Source: Leucoraja ocellata (Eukaryota). From it: 64,000 nucleotides of DNA. The stretch lies in assembly GCA_036785375.1 (NCBI GenBank), contig JAWMAR010000006.1:6758001-6822000 (forward strand), in the 5' to 3' direction. The translations under genes were made by a program, and so were the position numbers. Within the stretch, counting starts at the first letter, position 1, and each line of letters begins with the position of its first letter. The notes under the pieces were generated by a model. It saw nothing but the letters and a program-made list of their open reading frames with translations. It was not told where the DNA came from and did no database searches. This document shows positions 47,201-61,819 of this stretch, in pieces.

Positions 47201-49189
47201 TGTCTACTGTTATTATAAACCATTTGTGGACAACTGAGCACTTGGGAAAATCTGTGCAGTTTCCACAAATTAATAGAATTCATGAACTGTAAGCAAAACA
47301 AGAGTCATACCTTTGAAAGACAAAAGATCTATGGTAAAGCATTATCAGTGGATGCGACCCCATGGTCTAGTTCTTCACTTAGCTTTTGCTTTGGACAGAG
47401 CAAATACTTTGGATATCACAATTAATTTTGGATACAGCATTAAGGCTTCACCACTCAACAGCACACAGGCATAAAGCAAGACAGTGAAGACCAGAGGGTG
47501 ACATCTCTGATATTTACTGGCTTTGATTTTGTTGTGATTAGTTATTTCAAACAAAAGTGCAAAGTGATTGGTTATCACACATCACACCATTTAAGCTAAT
47601 GGTATTAAGCAGAAACTAATTTCTATTAACTGGAGGTTGGTCAGTAAATAAAAGAGGGAAATGTGAATTATAGAAGATGTACGCAAGTTTGAATTTATTT
47701 AGTTTTACCTCCAAGCAGTAATGTGTTCTAAAGTGTCAGATGGGAGTTCAAGGAGCACTGACCATGATATGTCGAACAATAATTGCACAATACCCTTTAG
47801 CTGGAAAAATATGCCACCAAACCAACATATAAATTAATTGTTGACTATTCACTTATAAGCATGGATTTATCAGCTTATGATTGTAGAAAATTTGGCCTAG
47901 TATTCCACTAAAAAAATTCTGTTATCAAAAGTTTTATCATTTTAATCATACACAAAATACCAAAAGGAACATTTGTCAAATACAGACAGACCTCTTGGTA
48001 GAGATGTATATTGCTGAGTATTATAATCACCCAACCATAAACCATACTTCCTATAATATAAACTTCATCTCACCATTAAGCACCCAAGCTGTCAGATAGA
48101 TTCTCATTTCAGAGTTGTCTTACAAATGCTGAATGTAGTTAAATAAATTGAAGATATTTAACTTGGTTGAATAATAAAACAGTTTGCTCGGATGAATAAT
48201 CAGCCTTAAACCAAATTTAAGACAACAATTTGTGGTGGAAGTCAAAATAAATGAATACTTTGCTATTTTACCTCAACATGCTTTTCCAAATTATTTCAGG
48301 TACATAGTACTTCAAGTTCTATTCAAATTGAGTAAAGTCCTTCTATTTTCTACCTCAATGTAAAGCAAATTCTAAGTGCTATAATTATCTTCTTATCCTA
48401 ATAAAAGTAAATTTCTTCTAAATACTTAAAGCAGCAAAATTAGGAGGAAGAGGCCTAGAATGATACATACAAAAACCTTAAATCAGTCACCGCTAATCGG
48501 ATGGTCTTATTCCCCTCAGATGCAATCACAATAACATTCCAGCAAGTTGCTACAGTCCAATATTTACATATGAAAATTGAACTGCATGTTTTTATCACTA
48601 TTTCCTCCACTACTTCTTCCTAAAAATCGTGGAAGCTGGGGAATGAGAAAAGTAACTGAAGTATACAAACTATTTTGAGACATGCTAATTGAGACACTCT
48701 CAAAACCTTGTCTCATATTTAAATGCAGCACTGCATTTGGCACAAAAAGATTTAATGTATTGCTACGTTTAGTGTCAGCTCCGTATGCCACAAGTTTGAA
48801 ATCAGGCTCATTTGTACATTAACATAGTTTAGCTTCCCCAAATCACTTAGCACTATCCTGAATAATATGGTAAGCCTAAGCAACAAGTCTATCTTTCCAG
48901 CCTGCCCTTACTTAAACAGGACCAGTGGATTTATGTCTGCATTTAATTCTAACAAGATTTAAAAGCCGGCTACAGCAATCTACCTGCTGAAGCTTATTTA
49001 AAAGTTTACTGGTTGGCATACAAAACTTTCCATTCAAAATCCCCTGCTAGCACCCCTGTAAAAAGATTGTTTATAAAAATAGATGCTCTGTGAAGCCCAC
49101 TTCAGTATAAGGTGTAAAAATCTTTGGCAGGATACCTAAAGATCAGGTGCCTGATGGCACACTGGTCCCTAAAACCCTACCATAAATTG

Positions 49190-49400
49190 TAAAATAAAAT
49201 TGAAGCACTAAACAGCAAATTAATTTTAAAACAGAAAAAAAAAACCCCAAAACAAAACAAAATTGGAGCAAAACAAAACAAATTTAATGATCATAAATGC
49301 AAAAGTAAAATCAATAGTCAAACAAAACAAAGGAAACAAAATGAAAAGAAATTATATAACAGAACATTAACAAAATTCAAAGGCAGTTTGATAAAACTTT
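49190..49400 (-). terminator. ELAVL1: ELAVL1 candidate proximal polyA site: ATTAAA embedded in U/GU-rich tracts
   Basis: Minus-strand ATTAAA at 49283-49288, ~1.04 kb after the stop, flanked by (TTTTG)n runs on both sides. Confidence 0.6.
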
Positions 49401-50323
49401 TAGATTATTCTTTAAATCTATTTTAACAAAGCTTTGTGTTGACAGCTAACCTGCATGGAAAAACATTTAAGTACTTTCTATTCTGACGCATTATCCCAGC
49501 TTAGCATGTCAATTATGCAAAAACAAAAAAGTTAATAAAGAAATGCAATGGAGTTCACTAGATGGGGTGCAACAAACCTAAACGTTCAAAGGTTTGAATC
49601 TCCAGGAACCTACGGGAACATTTAATCTTCTCAAACACAACTTCCCAATCATGTTCTTCCACCTTGAAATTTGGCAAAACAGGTTAAAGCTACCACACTC
49701 CATTCTTGCACTATATACTGCAAAACAAATCAAATGCAATTTTCACTCTTCACACTGTTTTTCTTGAGAAATTGGAGGACAGCAAAGGTACAATTTATAT
49801 CATGTACAGAAAAATATTAGCTACAGACATGGTTCAAGTGTGTAAATGAATAATTCTCAACAGATTAACTTTAACGAAAGAAATCAGGCATATTTAAATT
49901 CAGAAAGGTTCACTAATATATGAAGCTATGCTAAAAAGGTTGTAGAATTATGAAATTGCCTACAACCAAGGGATTCGATCACGAACTCCTAGTTACAAAA
50001 CATACTAAAAAGAGGCTATTGCAAATTAAAGTCATCTACTTCAAAATCTACAGAACTAAGGTATTAGTTCAATATTTCTCCTCCTAATTGGGTGTGTGGA
50101 AAAAAAGTAATGTGGAAGGTAAGGTATCAAACATTTGAACATTTCTTGTTAATTGCATCCCAGAGTAATAGTAATATAAAAAAATCCTTTTCACTTATTC
50201 TATGGTAATGGTAGACAAAACACGTCTGTCACAACAATAAGAGTTGCTTTACACAAGTGGACTTATTCACCTTTCAGCAGTGTATTTCTAATCAAATGCT
50301 TACAAATGCGCTTAAGCTTTAAA

Positions 50324-50671
<348 letters not shown>

Positions 50672-51149
50672 TTAACTCAAGAAGTTGGTGCCAAAAGCTT
50701 CAAAGTAATAAAAACAAATCGAAATTAGTAAAAATTCACACCACCTCAAAAAATCAAAAGGACACCAAAAAACTCGGGTCATAAGACAACGTGGAAGCTA
50801 ATAATTTTAAGATGCTTGATCGGAGTAGATCCATACCATGTTTGTACAAATGCACAAGTTAGCACACCTCAACTGTACCCATAAGAGTTATAATCCGATA
50901 CTATTATCCAACAATTTAATATCCTTCACTTCTACAATTAGTACAGCCAAGCAAAATCAAGTAATCTCATGTCTATTACATTCTACATGTACATAATTGC
51001 TCCTAATAACAACGTATTATGAACCCACTGGAATTTGAAAGTATTATCACCAAAGTAAACTGACCTGGTTCAAGTATGTCACCTTGATTCGAATTGGTGC
51101 TGCAACGTTTACCACATGCTAGATATAAAAGATTACACATCCTATTGAA

Positions 51150-54100
51150 AAGAGAGGCAGGTGTGCAGAGGGCCTGGGGTGGCTCTGCTGGTAAGAAATG
51201 AAATTCAGTCCTTAGTAAGGGACGACATAGGATCAGAAGATGTGGAATCCTTGTGGGTAGAGATAAGAAACTGCAAGTGTAAATAGACCTTGATGGGAGT
51301 TACATACAGGCCTAATTTGTATCCAAAATCCTAGTCAGGATGTTGGGTACAAATTACATCAGGAGATACAATCGGCACGTAAGAAAGGCAATTTTACAGT
51401 GGGTATGGGGGATTTCAATATGCAGGGTGACTGGGAAAATCACGTTGGTACTGGATCCCAAGAGAAGGAATTTGTAGAGTGCCTAAGAGATGGTTGTAGT
51501 TGAGCCTTCTAGGGAAAATGCAATTCTGGATTTGGCTTTGTGTTACAAACCGGATTTGATTAGGGAACTTAAGATAAAGGAACCACTAGGAGGTAGTGAG
51601 CATTATATGATAAAATTCAACCTGCAGTTTGAGAGTGAGAAGATGAAATCAGATGTGTCAGTATTACTATTGGATAAAGGTAACCACAGAGGCATGAGGG
51701 GGGAGCCGATTAAAATTGATTCAAAAAGGACCCTCGCAGGAATGACTGGAGCAACAATGGCAGTAGTTTCTGGGGGCAATTCAGAAAATGCAGGATCTTT
51801 TCATTCAAAAGAGAATGAAAGATTCCAAAGGGAGAATGAGGTGACCGTGGTGACGAGGGAAGTCAAAGACAGCATAAAACTAAAAGATGCATGTAATATT
51901 GCAAGGATCACTGGGAAGCTGGAGGATGAGAATATTTTAAAGACCAACAGAAAGTAAATAAAAAGGCAAATCAGGGAGAAAATATGGTAAGCTAACCAAT
52001 AATATAAGAGGATAGCAAATTTATTTTCAGATATATAAAGAGTAAACGATAGCCAAGAAAAGATAGGCTCACCTTCTTGATTAGTAAGGGTGTTAGGGGT
52101 TATGAGGCAAAGCCAGGAAAATGGGGTTGAGAGGGAAAGATAGATCAGCCATGATTGAATGGCAGAGTAGTCTTGATGGGTTGAATGGCCTTATTCTGCT
52201 CCTAGTACTTGTCAGAGATGCCAAGTTTTGTCAGAGCATTTCAGTATTCTAGTACCTGAAAATCAGTATTTTGCTGAGGAAATCAGCACTTCTACGCGGT
52301 GCCATTTTGCTGAAAAAATGTTATTTTTATGTGCAGTCATACCCATGTAAGAGTACAAGAATGTATAACTTTGCAACCAATTGACATGTCTTCTTACTTG
52401 ACAGTGCATTTCTTACTTGACAGTGCATTCATTACCATCTCTTTGTATACTGCTGTCTGAATGGCTGCTTCCTGCTTTTAGCACCAGATGATGATGTAGA
52501 AGCCATTTTGGAAGCCTCCCTCGTTCCCCCTCTCTCTCTCCCCCTCCCTCTTTCTCTCCCTCCCTCTCCCTCCCCCCCCCCCCGTCTTTCCCTCCAATCC
52601 TCCCTCTCCTTCCTTTTTTTCTCCCTCCCTCTCTTATTCCCTACCTCCCTCTCCCCCTTGAGCCCACCCACCGTTCTGTAAAATCAAGGCCAATCCCAAT
52701 GTAACTGCAATCCCCACTGGCAACCTTTCACCACTAGGCTAAAGAATAATCAAAGGCTCAACTACCATCTGGAAAGAGAATTCCAAAGACTCATTGTTAT
52801 ACGAGAATTTTCCTGAACAGTCTATGGCCATAGCGCAATGTGTAAAGCCCATAGCGCTCCAGTTGGTAGCGCTATTTTTTGAATCCATAACGCTGTAGCC
52901 GACAGCTCTTCGTTTAAATCCCCACGTGTTAAACTGACAGCGCTCTGTTTAAACCTGGAGCGGGACAGGCAGCGACTCTGGGGGACATTTCTGGTCGAGA
53001 CCCTTCTTCATATTTAACACAAAATCGTACACGTGTTCTAATCTCATCTCTGTACAAAATACGGAAAATACGTACTACTTGGCAGCTCAGACTTATGAAT
53101 GGACATTGGACTACTTGAAAATTATGCTGGAGAAGTAGTAATGGGGAATAGAGAAATGGTAGATGAATTGTATACGTTTGTGTCAGTCTTTCCAGTGGAA
53201 GATACCCATAACGTGCCTAAAATTCAGGAGGCAGAAGCGAGTGGAGTGACTATTACTAACGAGAACGTGCTTGGGAAGCTGAAAGGCGTGAAGGTGAATA
53301 AGTCGCCAGGATCAGATGGACTATACTCCAGGGTTCTGAAAGAGATAGCTTTAAAGATCGTGGAGTCATTAGTAGTAATCTTTCAAGAATCACTAGAATC
53401 AGGAGTGATCCCAGAGGACTAGAACATTGCAAATCTTACTCTGCTGTTCAAGAAGGGAGTGAGGCAGAAGAGGGGAAACTATAGGCTGGTTAGCCCAACT
53501 ACAATTTTAGATTTTAGAGTCCATTATTAAGGATAAGACGCCCGAGTACTTAGAAGCACATAAGATAGGCCGAAGTTAGCATAGCTTTATGAAGGGGAGA
53601 TCTTGCCTGAGAAAGTGAATAGTGAAAGGCCTGGATAAAGTGGATGTGGAGAGGATGTTTTCTTTTGTGGGAGAGTCTAGGACCAGAGGTAATAGCCTCA
53701 GAATTAAAGAACATTCCTTTGGGAAGAAGATGAAGAGGAATTTATTTTGTCAGAGGGTGATGAATCTGTGGAATTCATTGCCACATAAGGCTGTGGAGGC
53801 CAAGACAATGGATATGTTTAAGGCAGAAATAGATAGATACTTAATTAGTAGATGTGTCAGGGGTTATGGGTAGGCAGGAGAATGGGGTTGAGGGATAGAT
53901 AAGCCATGATTTAATGGCAGCGTAGATTTAGGCTCAAATGGTTCAATTCTGCTCCTATCACATGAACATATGAAGTAAATAGCAGGACTGACAATGGAGA
54001 GTCAGTGGAAGTTGTTTACCTGGATTTTCAGAGGCCTTTGATACGGTGTCATACGTGAGGCTGCTAAAGATGAGAGCTCATGGTATTAGAGGGAAGATAC

Positions 54101-55150
54101 TAGCATGGATAGAAGGTTGGCTGAATGGCAGAAGTCAAAGAGTGGAAATAAAGGGGGCCTATTCTGGTTGGTTGCCAGTGACTAGCGTTGTTCTGCAGGG
54201 GTCAGTGTTGGGGTCGCTATTCTTCATGTTGCATATCAATGATATGGATGATGGAAATGAAGGCTTTGCGGTCAAATATGCAGATGATACGAAGATAGGT
54301 GGAGGGGCAAGGAGTCAGCAGAAGTACTTGGACAGGTTAGGAGAATGAGCAAAGAGGTGGCAGATGGAATACAGCGTATCTAAGTGTGAGGTCATGCACG
54401 TTGGTAGTAGGAATAAAGCTTAGACTATTTTCTAAATGGGGAGAAGATTCAGAAATTGGACTGTTAAGAAACTTGGGAGTGCTGGTACAGGATTTCTAAA
54501 AGGTTAATTTGCAAGTTGAATCGATAGTAAGGCAGGCAAATGCAAAGAGAGCATTTATTTCAAGAGGACTAGAATATAAAAATAGGGATGTTAATAATGA
54601 GGCTCTATAAGGCGCTGGTATGACCGCGTGTGGAATATTGCGAGCATTTGTGGGTCTCATATCTGAGGAGGAATGTGCTGGCATTGGAGAGGGTCCTGAA
54701 GAGAATAATCCCAGGGATGGTTGGGTTAATGTATGATGCGTGTTTGACGGCACTTGGCTGTGCTCTATGGAGTTTAGAAGGATGAGGGAGGATCTCATTT
54801 AAACCGAACAGTAAAACGCCTGGATAAAGTGGATTAGGAGAGGATGTTTCCACTAGCGGGAGAATCTAAGACCAGAGGGCACAGCCTCAGAATAAAGGGT
54901 GTACCTTTAGACGGGAGATCATTTAGTCAGAGGGTGGTGAAATTGTGGAATTATTGCCACAGACAACTGTGGAGGCCAAGTAAAAGGGTATGTTTTAAGC
55001 GGAGATTGACAGATTATTGATTAGTAAAGGTGTCAAAGGTTATGGGGAGACAATAGGAGAATGGGGTGGAGAGGGAAAGATAGATCAGCCATGATTGAAT
55101 GGCAGAGTAGACTTGAAGGGGTGAATGGCCTAATTCTGCTCCTATGACAT
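51150..55150 (+). mobile_element. Fragmented CR1 LINE (endonuclease to 3' end) with nested insertions, antisense in the last ELAVL1 intron
   Basis: ORFs 51490 (ENAILDLAL), 53099 (KSPGSDGLYSRVLKE), 54046 (VLQGSVLG...KYADDTKIG), 53622 (C-terminus). Confidence 0.88.
52213..53090 (-). mobile_element. Non-autonomous DNA transposon with imperfect TIRs and a transposase N-terminal remnant
   Basis: cagagatgccaag versus cttggcagctcag; near-duplicated flanks acttgt/acttat; remnant MASTSSSGAKSRKQPFRQQYTKRW* on the minus strand. Confidence 0.55.
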
Positions 55151-56382
55151 AAATTTGCCATTTTATTTCAACTAAACAAAACAAAAAAAACCCCACCTCA
55201 TAACATCAATTAAAATGTTTCCTAACAAATACCCTTTTATGCAATTTTCCTTGAAATAAATAGAATAAATGTAATAAAATAACTAGACAGGCATTTCACT
55301 GGGAAAAATACAATGGGATTTTTAAACGTGGGAAGCAACTAAAAATGACAATGCAAATTGTGGAAAACTTAGCACATTTGTGAATATTTTAAAATCTAAA
55401 CCATATGCAACGTTGTTCCAGTCCACTTCCATTTTAGGCCACTTCCCAACTGTGAATAATTACACCTTCTCACCAGAAAAAAAAGCCACCTTCAGACTGC
55501 CACCCACTAAGGTGGCCCCAAAACAAGTCTCTACCAATTCTCTTTTCCCATGTCGGGTCATAAATATTTTAGTCAAATCATCAAGATTTAACCACCCTTG
55601 CTGGGCCAACGAGGTATTAATCTGCAAAGATAATACCTCAATGGAAGATCAATAACTCAATGAATTTGTTTCTCCCTAACCTCATAACCAAAGTGTTTTG
55701 AAATCAAAGTCCATATTCAGTCTGGGTCTTACAAAATGTGAGAGAAATCTGCTGGTGGGACTTAACCAAACTATCCAGCATTACCTAAAACAATCATTAG
55801 AGGATCTTGGAGATCAATTAATCCAACAATGCTGCCCTTTAACAAGATCCTCATAAAAATAAAATTAAGCTCAGAAATTGCTATTTGACTGAAGTATACA
55901 TTTTTTTGAAAATTCTTTAGCAAGTCCCACACTCATCACATTATTTCCTCCATAGTTGCAGAGACAATACAAAGATCAAAAGAAACAGGAAATAAAGGAA
56001 AATAGTAAACATGTCATGGTCTCCGAACTGCAAAGGTCTGCAGAGGTGCTGAAGTAATGGCTCCATCTAAATCAGAAAGGACTAGATCCATCGGATAGCT
56101 GCGAACAATTACATTTGGCCTAAAGCGGCACTACTAATTAATCCAAGATGGCTCAACCATACCCACTATTGCTGTCGGGTTTCTATAAGTGTACACAGAA
56201 CTAACTATAACAATATCTGTAAACTGAACTCAAATCCGATAAATTATTTAAGTTAGTCAAGTTCCAAATTGGTGCTCATTGAAAAGCAAATACACACATT
56301 TGGCCACATAAGATTGTTAGCATTGCACAAGAACATCTAAAGTAAAGATAGTTTAAGTCCACAAGAGACAAGCAATCATTCA

Positions 56383-56889
<507 letters not shown>

Positions 56890-57847
56890 TTAACTCGAGA
56901 TTGGGAGGGAAGAAACGGAGCATTGGGGGTGGAAGGAGAGGATGGGGTGTTAAACAAGCTGGAATTCACACGCCAGGGAGTCGCAGAGCCCCTGGCCACA
57001 CACACGGACGGATCTGGTACTCACGTCGCCTTCATGCTACTCACTCTCTCTATTTCCGCAACTGGAAGCATGCAATGTGGCGGGGGGGGGGGGGGGTTGC
57101 GAGGGATGCAACCAGAGTCTCGGTCTGCTATAACCATAATCTACTATATAGAGGACCTTTATTGAGTGGGTTTACTGTATTAGTTTCAAAGTGGCATTGA
57201 GATTATTGAAAAAATATCCACACATGATCTTGGAAATAAATAAGCACAGCATTTATCAAAAGATCAGAGGTCATAGAGATAATGAAATCAACAGTTTAAA
57301 AGTCAAAGACACAAATTACTAGCCCTATTAATTCAATTTACGAATGCAAATTAACTTAACTAGTAACATTCCCCAATTGAATTACCTTTCCATAATATCT
57401 GTATAAACAGATGATGGCTGGTGGGTTATGGTTTATTTGATAGCTTGCCGGGTAGGAGAGTAACCACTCCTCCTCTTCCTGTCTCACGAGTGGTGTTATT
57501 AGGTATTTATGTCCAATTTAGCCCTTTTCAACAGCCCTGCAGCTATGGAATTTGGAGTACAAGGATATCCAATCAAAAGAAGTCTAAATTAGGATGACTT
57601 TAAATGAAGACAGGCAGCCTATTTTTTTTAAATGGTATTTTCTTTGAGCAGACTGTATGCTGCCCCTTGCCCAAGCGCTGTACATATTGCACAAGGGTCT
57701 TGTTGGGTTCCAATTTCAGATTTTGTGAATTTTAACAAACCATCTATTTCATGAAGTTTTGGAACCTCACTATATGGAAGTTATAAATATGACCAAAAAG
57801 TACATGTAGAAATAATCCTTTTATCTTTAAAAGAAATATAAAAGTCA

Positions 57848-58009
<162 letters not shown>

Positions 58010-58099
58010 TCAAAAGGATATACATATATATTTAAAAAAAATCATATCCATTGCCAAAGTTAACAGTTACTTACAATAACTGCAGTAACAAAATAGTAC

Positions 58100-59060
58100 A
58101 ACTCAAGTACTTGTTCTGATTTTCACCAATCTATCTGTTGCAGATGTATCTATCCATGACAGTATTGGTGGGAATGACCACCACAAAGTCCTATGGAGAC
58201 AGAATCCCAACTTCACGTTGTGCGTCACTACTACCATGCTAAATGGGGCAGTCTACAAACCCAGACCCAATAGCTTAGGACTGGGTATTCATAAGGTACA
58301 GCGAGCAATCAGCAGCAGCAGAACTACCCACAATCTGCAACCTCATATTCCATGCTGTATCAACACTGTCAAACCAGGTGATCATCCCTGGTTCAATGAA
58401 GAGACCAAGTGGGCATGTCAGGACGAGCACCAGGCATACCTCAGATAGAGGGACCGACCTGGTGAAGCTTCAAGGAGTGCATGCATGCCAAATAGCATGC
58501 AGTAGAAAGCAAAGTGATCCCACAACCAATGGGTCAGGTCTAAGCTCTACCGTTCTGCACATCCTGGTGTGAATAATTAAACGACTCCCAGGAGGCAGCT
58601 CCACAAACACCCCATTCTCAACGATGGGTATGTCCAGCACACCAGTGCAAAAGTGAAAGCTGAAGCATTTGCAAGTATCCTCAATCAGAACTGCCATGTC
58701 GATGTCCCATCTTGGCCTCCCACAGTGGTTCTCAGCAGTCTTTAGCCAATTCAATTCACACTTGATATCAAGAAACTGCTAAAGGCTTTGGATACAGCAA
58801 AGGCTATGGGCCCTAACAAAATTCCCCTTACAGTACTGAAGACTTCTTGTCCAGACTTACTGCTGCCTTGGCCAAGCTGTTGCAGTACAGCTACAACACT
58901 GCCATCTACCAGACAATGTGGAAAATTGCCCAGGTATGTCCTGTCAACAAGTAATTGGACAAATCCAATTTTGTTAATTATCGCTCATCAGTCTACTCTC
59001 GGTCGTCAGCAAAAACTGATGGAAGAGTTCACCGATATTGCTATCAAGTGGCACAAAAAC
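58100..59060 (+). mobile_element. Decayed CR1-superfamily LINE fragment
   Basis: KPGDHPWFNEE...AYL, LDTAKAMGPNKIPLTVLKT, WKIAQVCPV-like motifs. Confidence 0.75.
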
Positions 59061-60032
59061 GAACCCACAACGTTGTAATAATGAGCATATTGGCTTTGGA
59101 AAGGACATAGCTCTAAAATACACTGCATAGAAAGCTCTTCAGTCTATCCCTAATTAGTACCTGTGAGGAAGACTCTTGTCTTCTTCAGTTAACACCAGAA
59201 CAGGTTTGATGAGAATGACTAGGGTGCCGAGGAGCTAGTTAACCAAAGCACTAGACTTTCATGGATTGAATTCCACATCTCTCAAGGGAAGAAAAGCTGG
59301 TATACCTGAAGGAATATCCAAGACTTGGAATCTTATAATCAAAAAAAAGATGCTGGGTCCAGGGCAGCATATCCAGCAATCAGCTATAACTATCAGCATT
59401 TGGATTCTTCAGTACATTCAATATCATTTATGGCATAAACACCCATGGGGTCATCCTACTGAGTCAAGAAATAAGAGCTTATCAAGCAGAGTTTGCAAAT
59501 TCTCCCTTAGACCTTGAGTGTTCATGATGCAACGCACATTTTTTAGATGTGATAGTTAAGTTAATTAGCTACTGTAAATTAACCAAAGTGTAGAAGGCTG
59601 AGGAGAGAATCTGAAAGGCTGTTAATGGGTATATGGTAGTGAATAGGCTACAGGTGAAAAAAGGGAACAGAAATACTCTGAGCTGGTAAAGACTTGAGGG
59701 ATAGAATGGCCTTCATTACATCATAAGGAAATAGGGAAGCAATGAAGATGTACAATGAACCCCTGGAAAATACAGATTATTTTCCTTGTTTTGGTAGCTA
59801 CTGCCTCAGTAAATAGTTCAGATATATGGTCAGGCATAAATAATATCATGAAACATGGAAAATAGGTGCAGGAGTAGGCCATTCGAGCCAGCACAGCCAT
59901 AAAATATGATCATGGCTGATCATCCAAGATCAGTACCCTGTTCCTGCTTCCCCCCCCCCATATTCCTTGATTCCTTTAGCCCTAAGAGCAAAATCGAACT
60001 CTTTTGAAAACATCACATGTAACATTATATTA

Positions 60033-60182
<150 letters not shown>

Positions 60183-60898
60183 TTAACATTTCCTTAGTGT
60201 TATTATCTCTTCGTATTCCTTTTAAATTAATTTACTTAGAACAGCGTTTTATCAGCTGCATTATGTGAAAATAATTGCTCACTTGAACATGTGCAGAAAT
60301 GAAAACCCTAGAGTCTAAAATTTCCTCAAACCCACCATCCTACTTTGTTAACACTTGCCAAAAATACATCACCTGAATAACACCCAGGAGTTGAGGCATG
60401 TTCCAAGGAAAGGCTGACAGAATGCAGTAGCTCTCTCTTGCAACACTAGAATTTCTAGATAAAGCCAGTCAATCCTATGATCAGTTTCCTTTGGAATTTT
60501 ATATTCCTTTTTCCAGCATAAAAATTACAAGCAAAATCAGCAATATATTACAACTGAAAAACGATCAATGGCACCAAATTCCACCTCAAGAATTATACTG
60601 ATTGAATAAAACAAGGCCCGTAACTCACAATCCATCTTCATTTCAAACTGAAACTGCACTATAAACCCAACCAAGTATAGAAGTGACACTGTCCATTCCA
60701 TCACTTGCAATGTACATTTACAGTACAATGACAACACTGTGAGAACATAAAAGTACATTAGAGAGTAGAAACAAGGAAATGCATGTGTTCATTTACAAAA
60801 AAAGACAAAGTACTGGAGTAACAGCGGGTCAGGCAGCATCTCTGAAGCATGTGGATAAGTGAAGTTTTGGGTCGGGAATGTCCTTCAGACAAACATAC

Positions 60899-61002
60899 AT
60901 TTGTTCATTCATACAAATATGAACGACCAAAATACATTCATATCACTAAATAAGAATTTCTATCGCATTAATTTCTTGGAGCCTTTGTGGGTAGAGCAGG
61001 CA
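60899..61002 (-). other. ELAVL1: Candidate alternative stop-containing exon of ELAVL1
   Basis: cctgtag acceptor (61003-61004) after an AG-free pyrimidine tract 61005-61157; phase-1 reading VPALPTKAPRN*; donors GTATGA (60914) or GTATGT (60898). Confidence 0.45.
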
Positions 61003-61819
61003 CTACAGGAAGGATGAGCAAATGGCGAAGAGCAGGGTGGGCGTGGGGAGGGGGTGGAGATGGAGGGAAGAGAGCATGAGAAAGAGCGAGTGCAAGAAGA
61101 ATGTGAGAAAAAAAAGACATTGCGAAGTAAAAAGGAGAGAAGCAATAGCCAGGTGTTCTCCACAGCGCTGTGAACAGCATTGGAAAATACAGGAGCAGGG
61201 TACAAAATAATTATTGATGCTGGCAACAATCACAGAGCTTTCATCGACATACAGACATCCGACATACTGCATAGAAGATGCTTTCCATGATCAGGACTGT
61301 GTTGAGGAACAATAATGGAATTGGTTATTTTAGATCTAGTTTCACTAATGATTCTTGAGTGGTTCCTATCTCCAATTTATAAATCTATATTGTGCCATAA
61401 TTAAGCACCTGTCAGATTCGACCCATTTAGATAAACTGTACCATAATATTCAATGGATTTTAGCCATTTTTTGTTAGAAAAACATTTCCCAGGAACTCAT
61501 CATTCCTGTACATCGTAGAATGATTGTATTGTACAAAGAGATAGGGGTAATTGATGTTGATAGATTAAGTACCTTCAGGGAAGCGATTTGATAGAATGTC
61601 ACAAATTTAGTGCAATTTAGTCTGAAACCTGGACACTTGCATCTAAACAAACTATACTATTTTGAGTATTAATTCGCAAACCACTTTAAAAGGAACAGTG
61701 TGCAAACAATGGATGAGATTTAAGTTTACAATATATACACGATTTTAAACCATAAAAATTGGCGCCAACACAATTAGAAAAAAAGGGTTATGCAAATTTG
61801 TACGACAAAAGCTAGTCAT

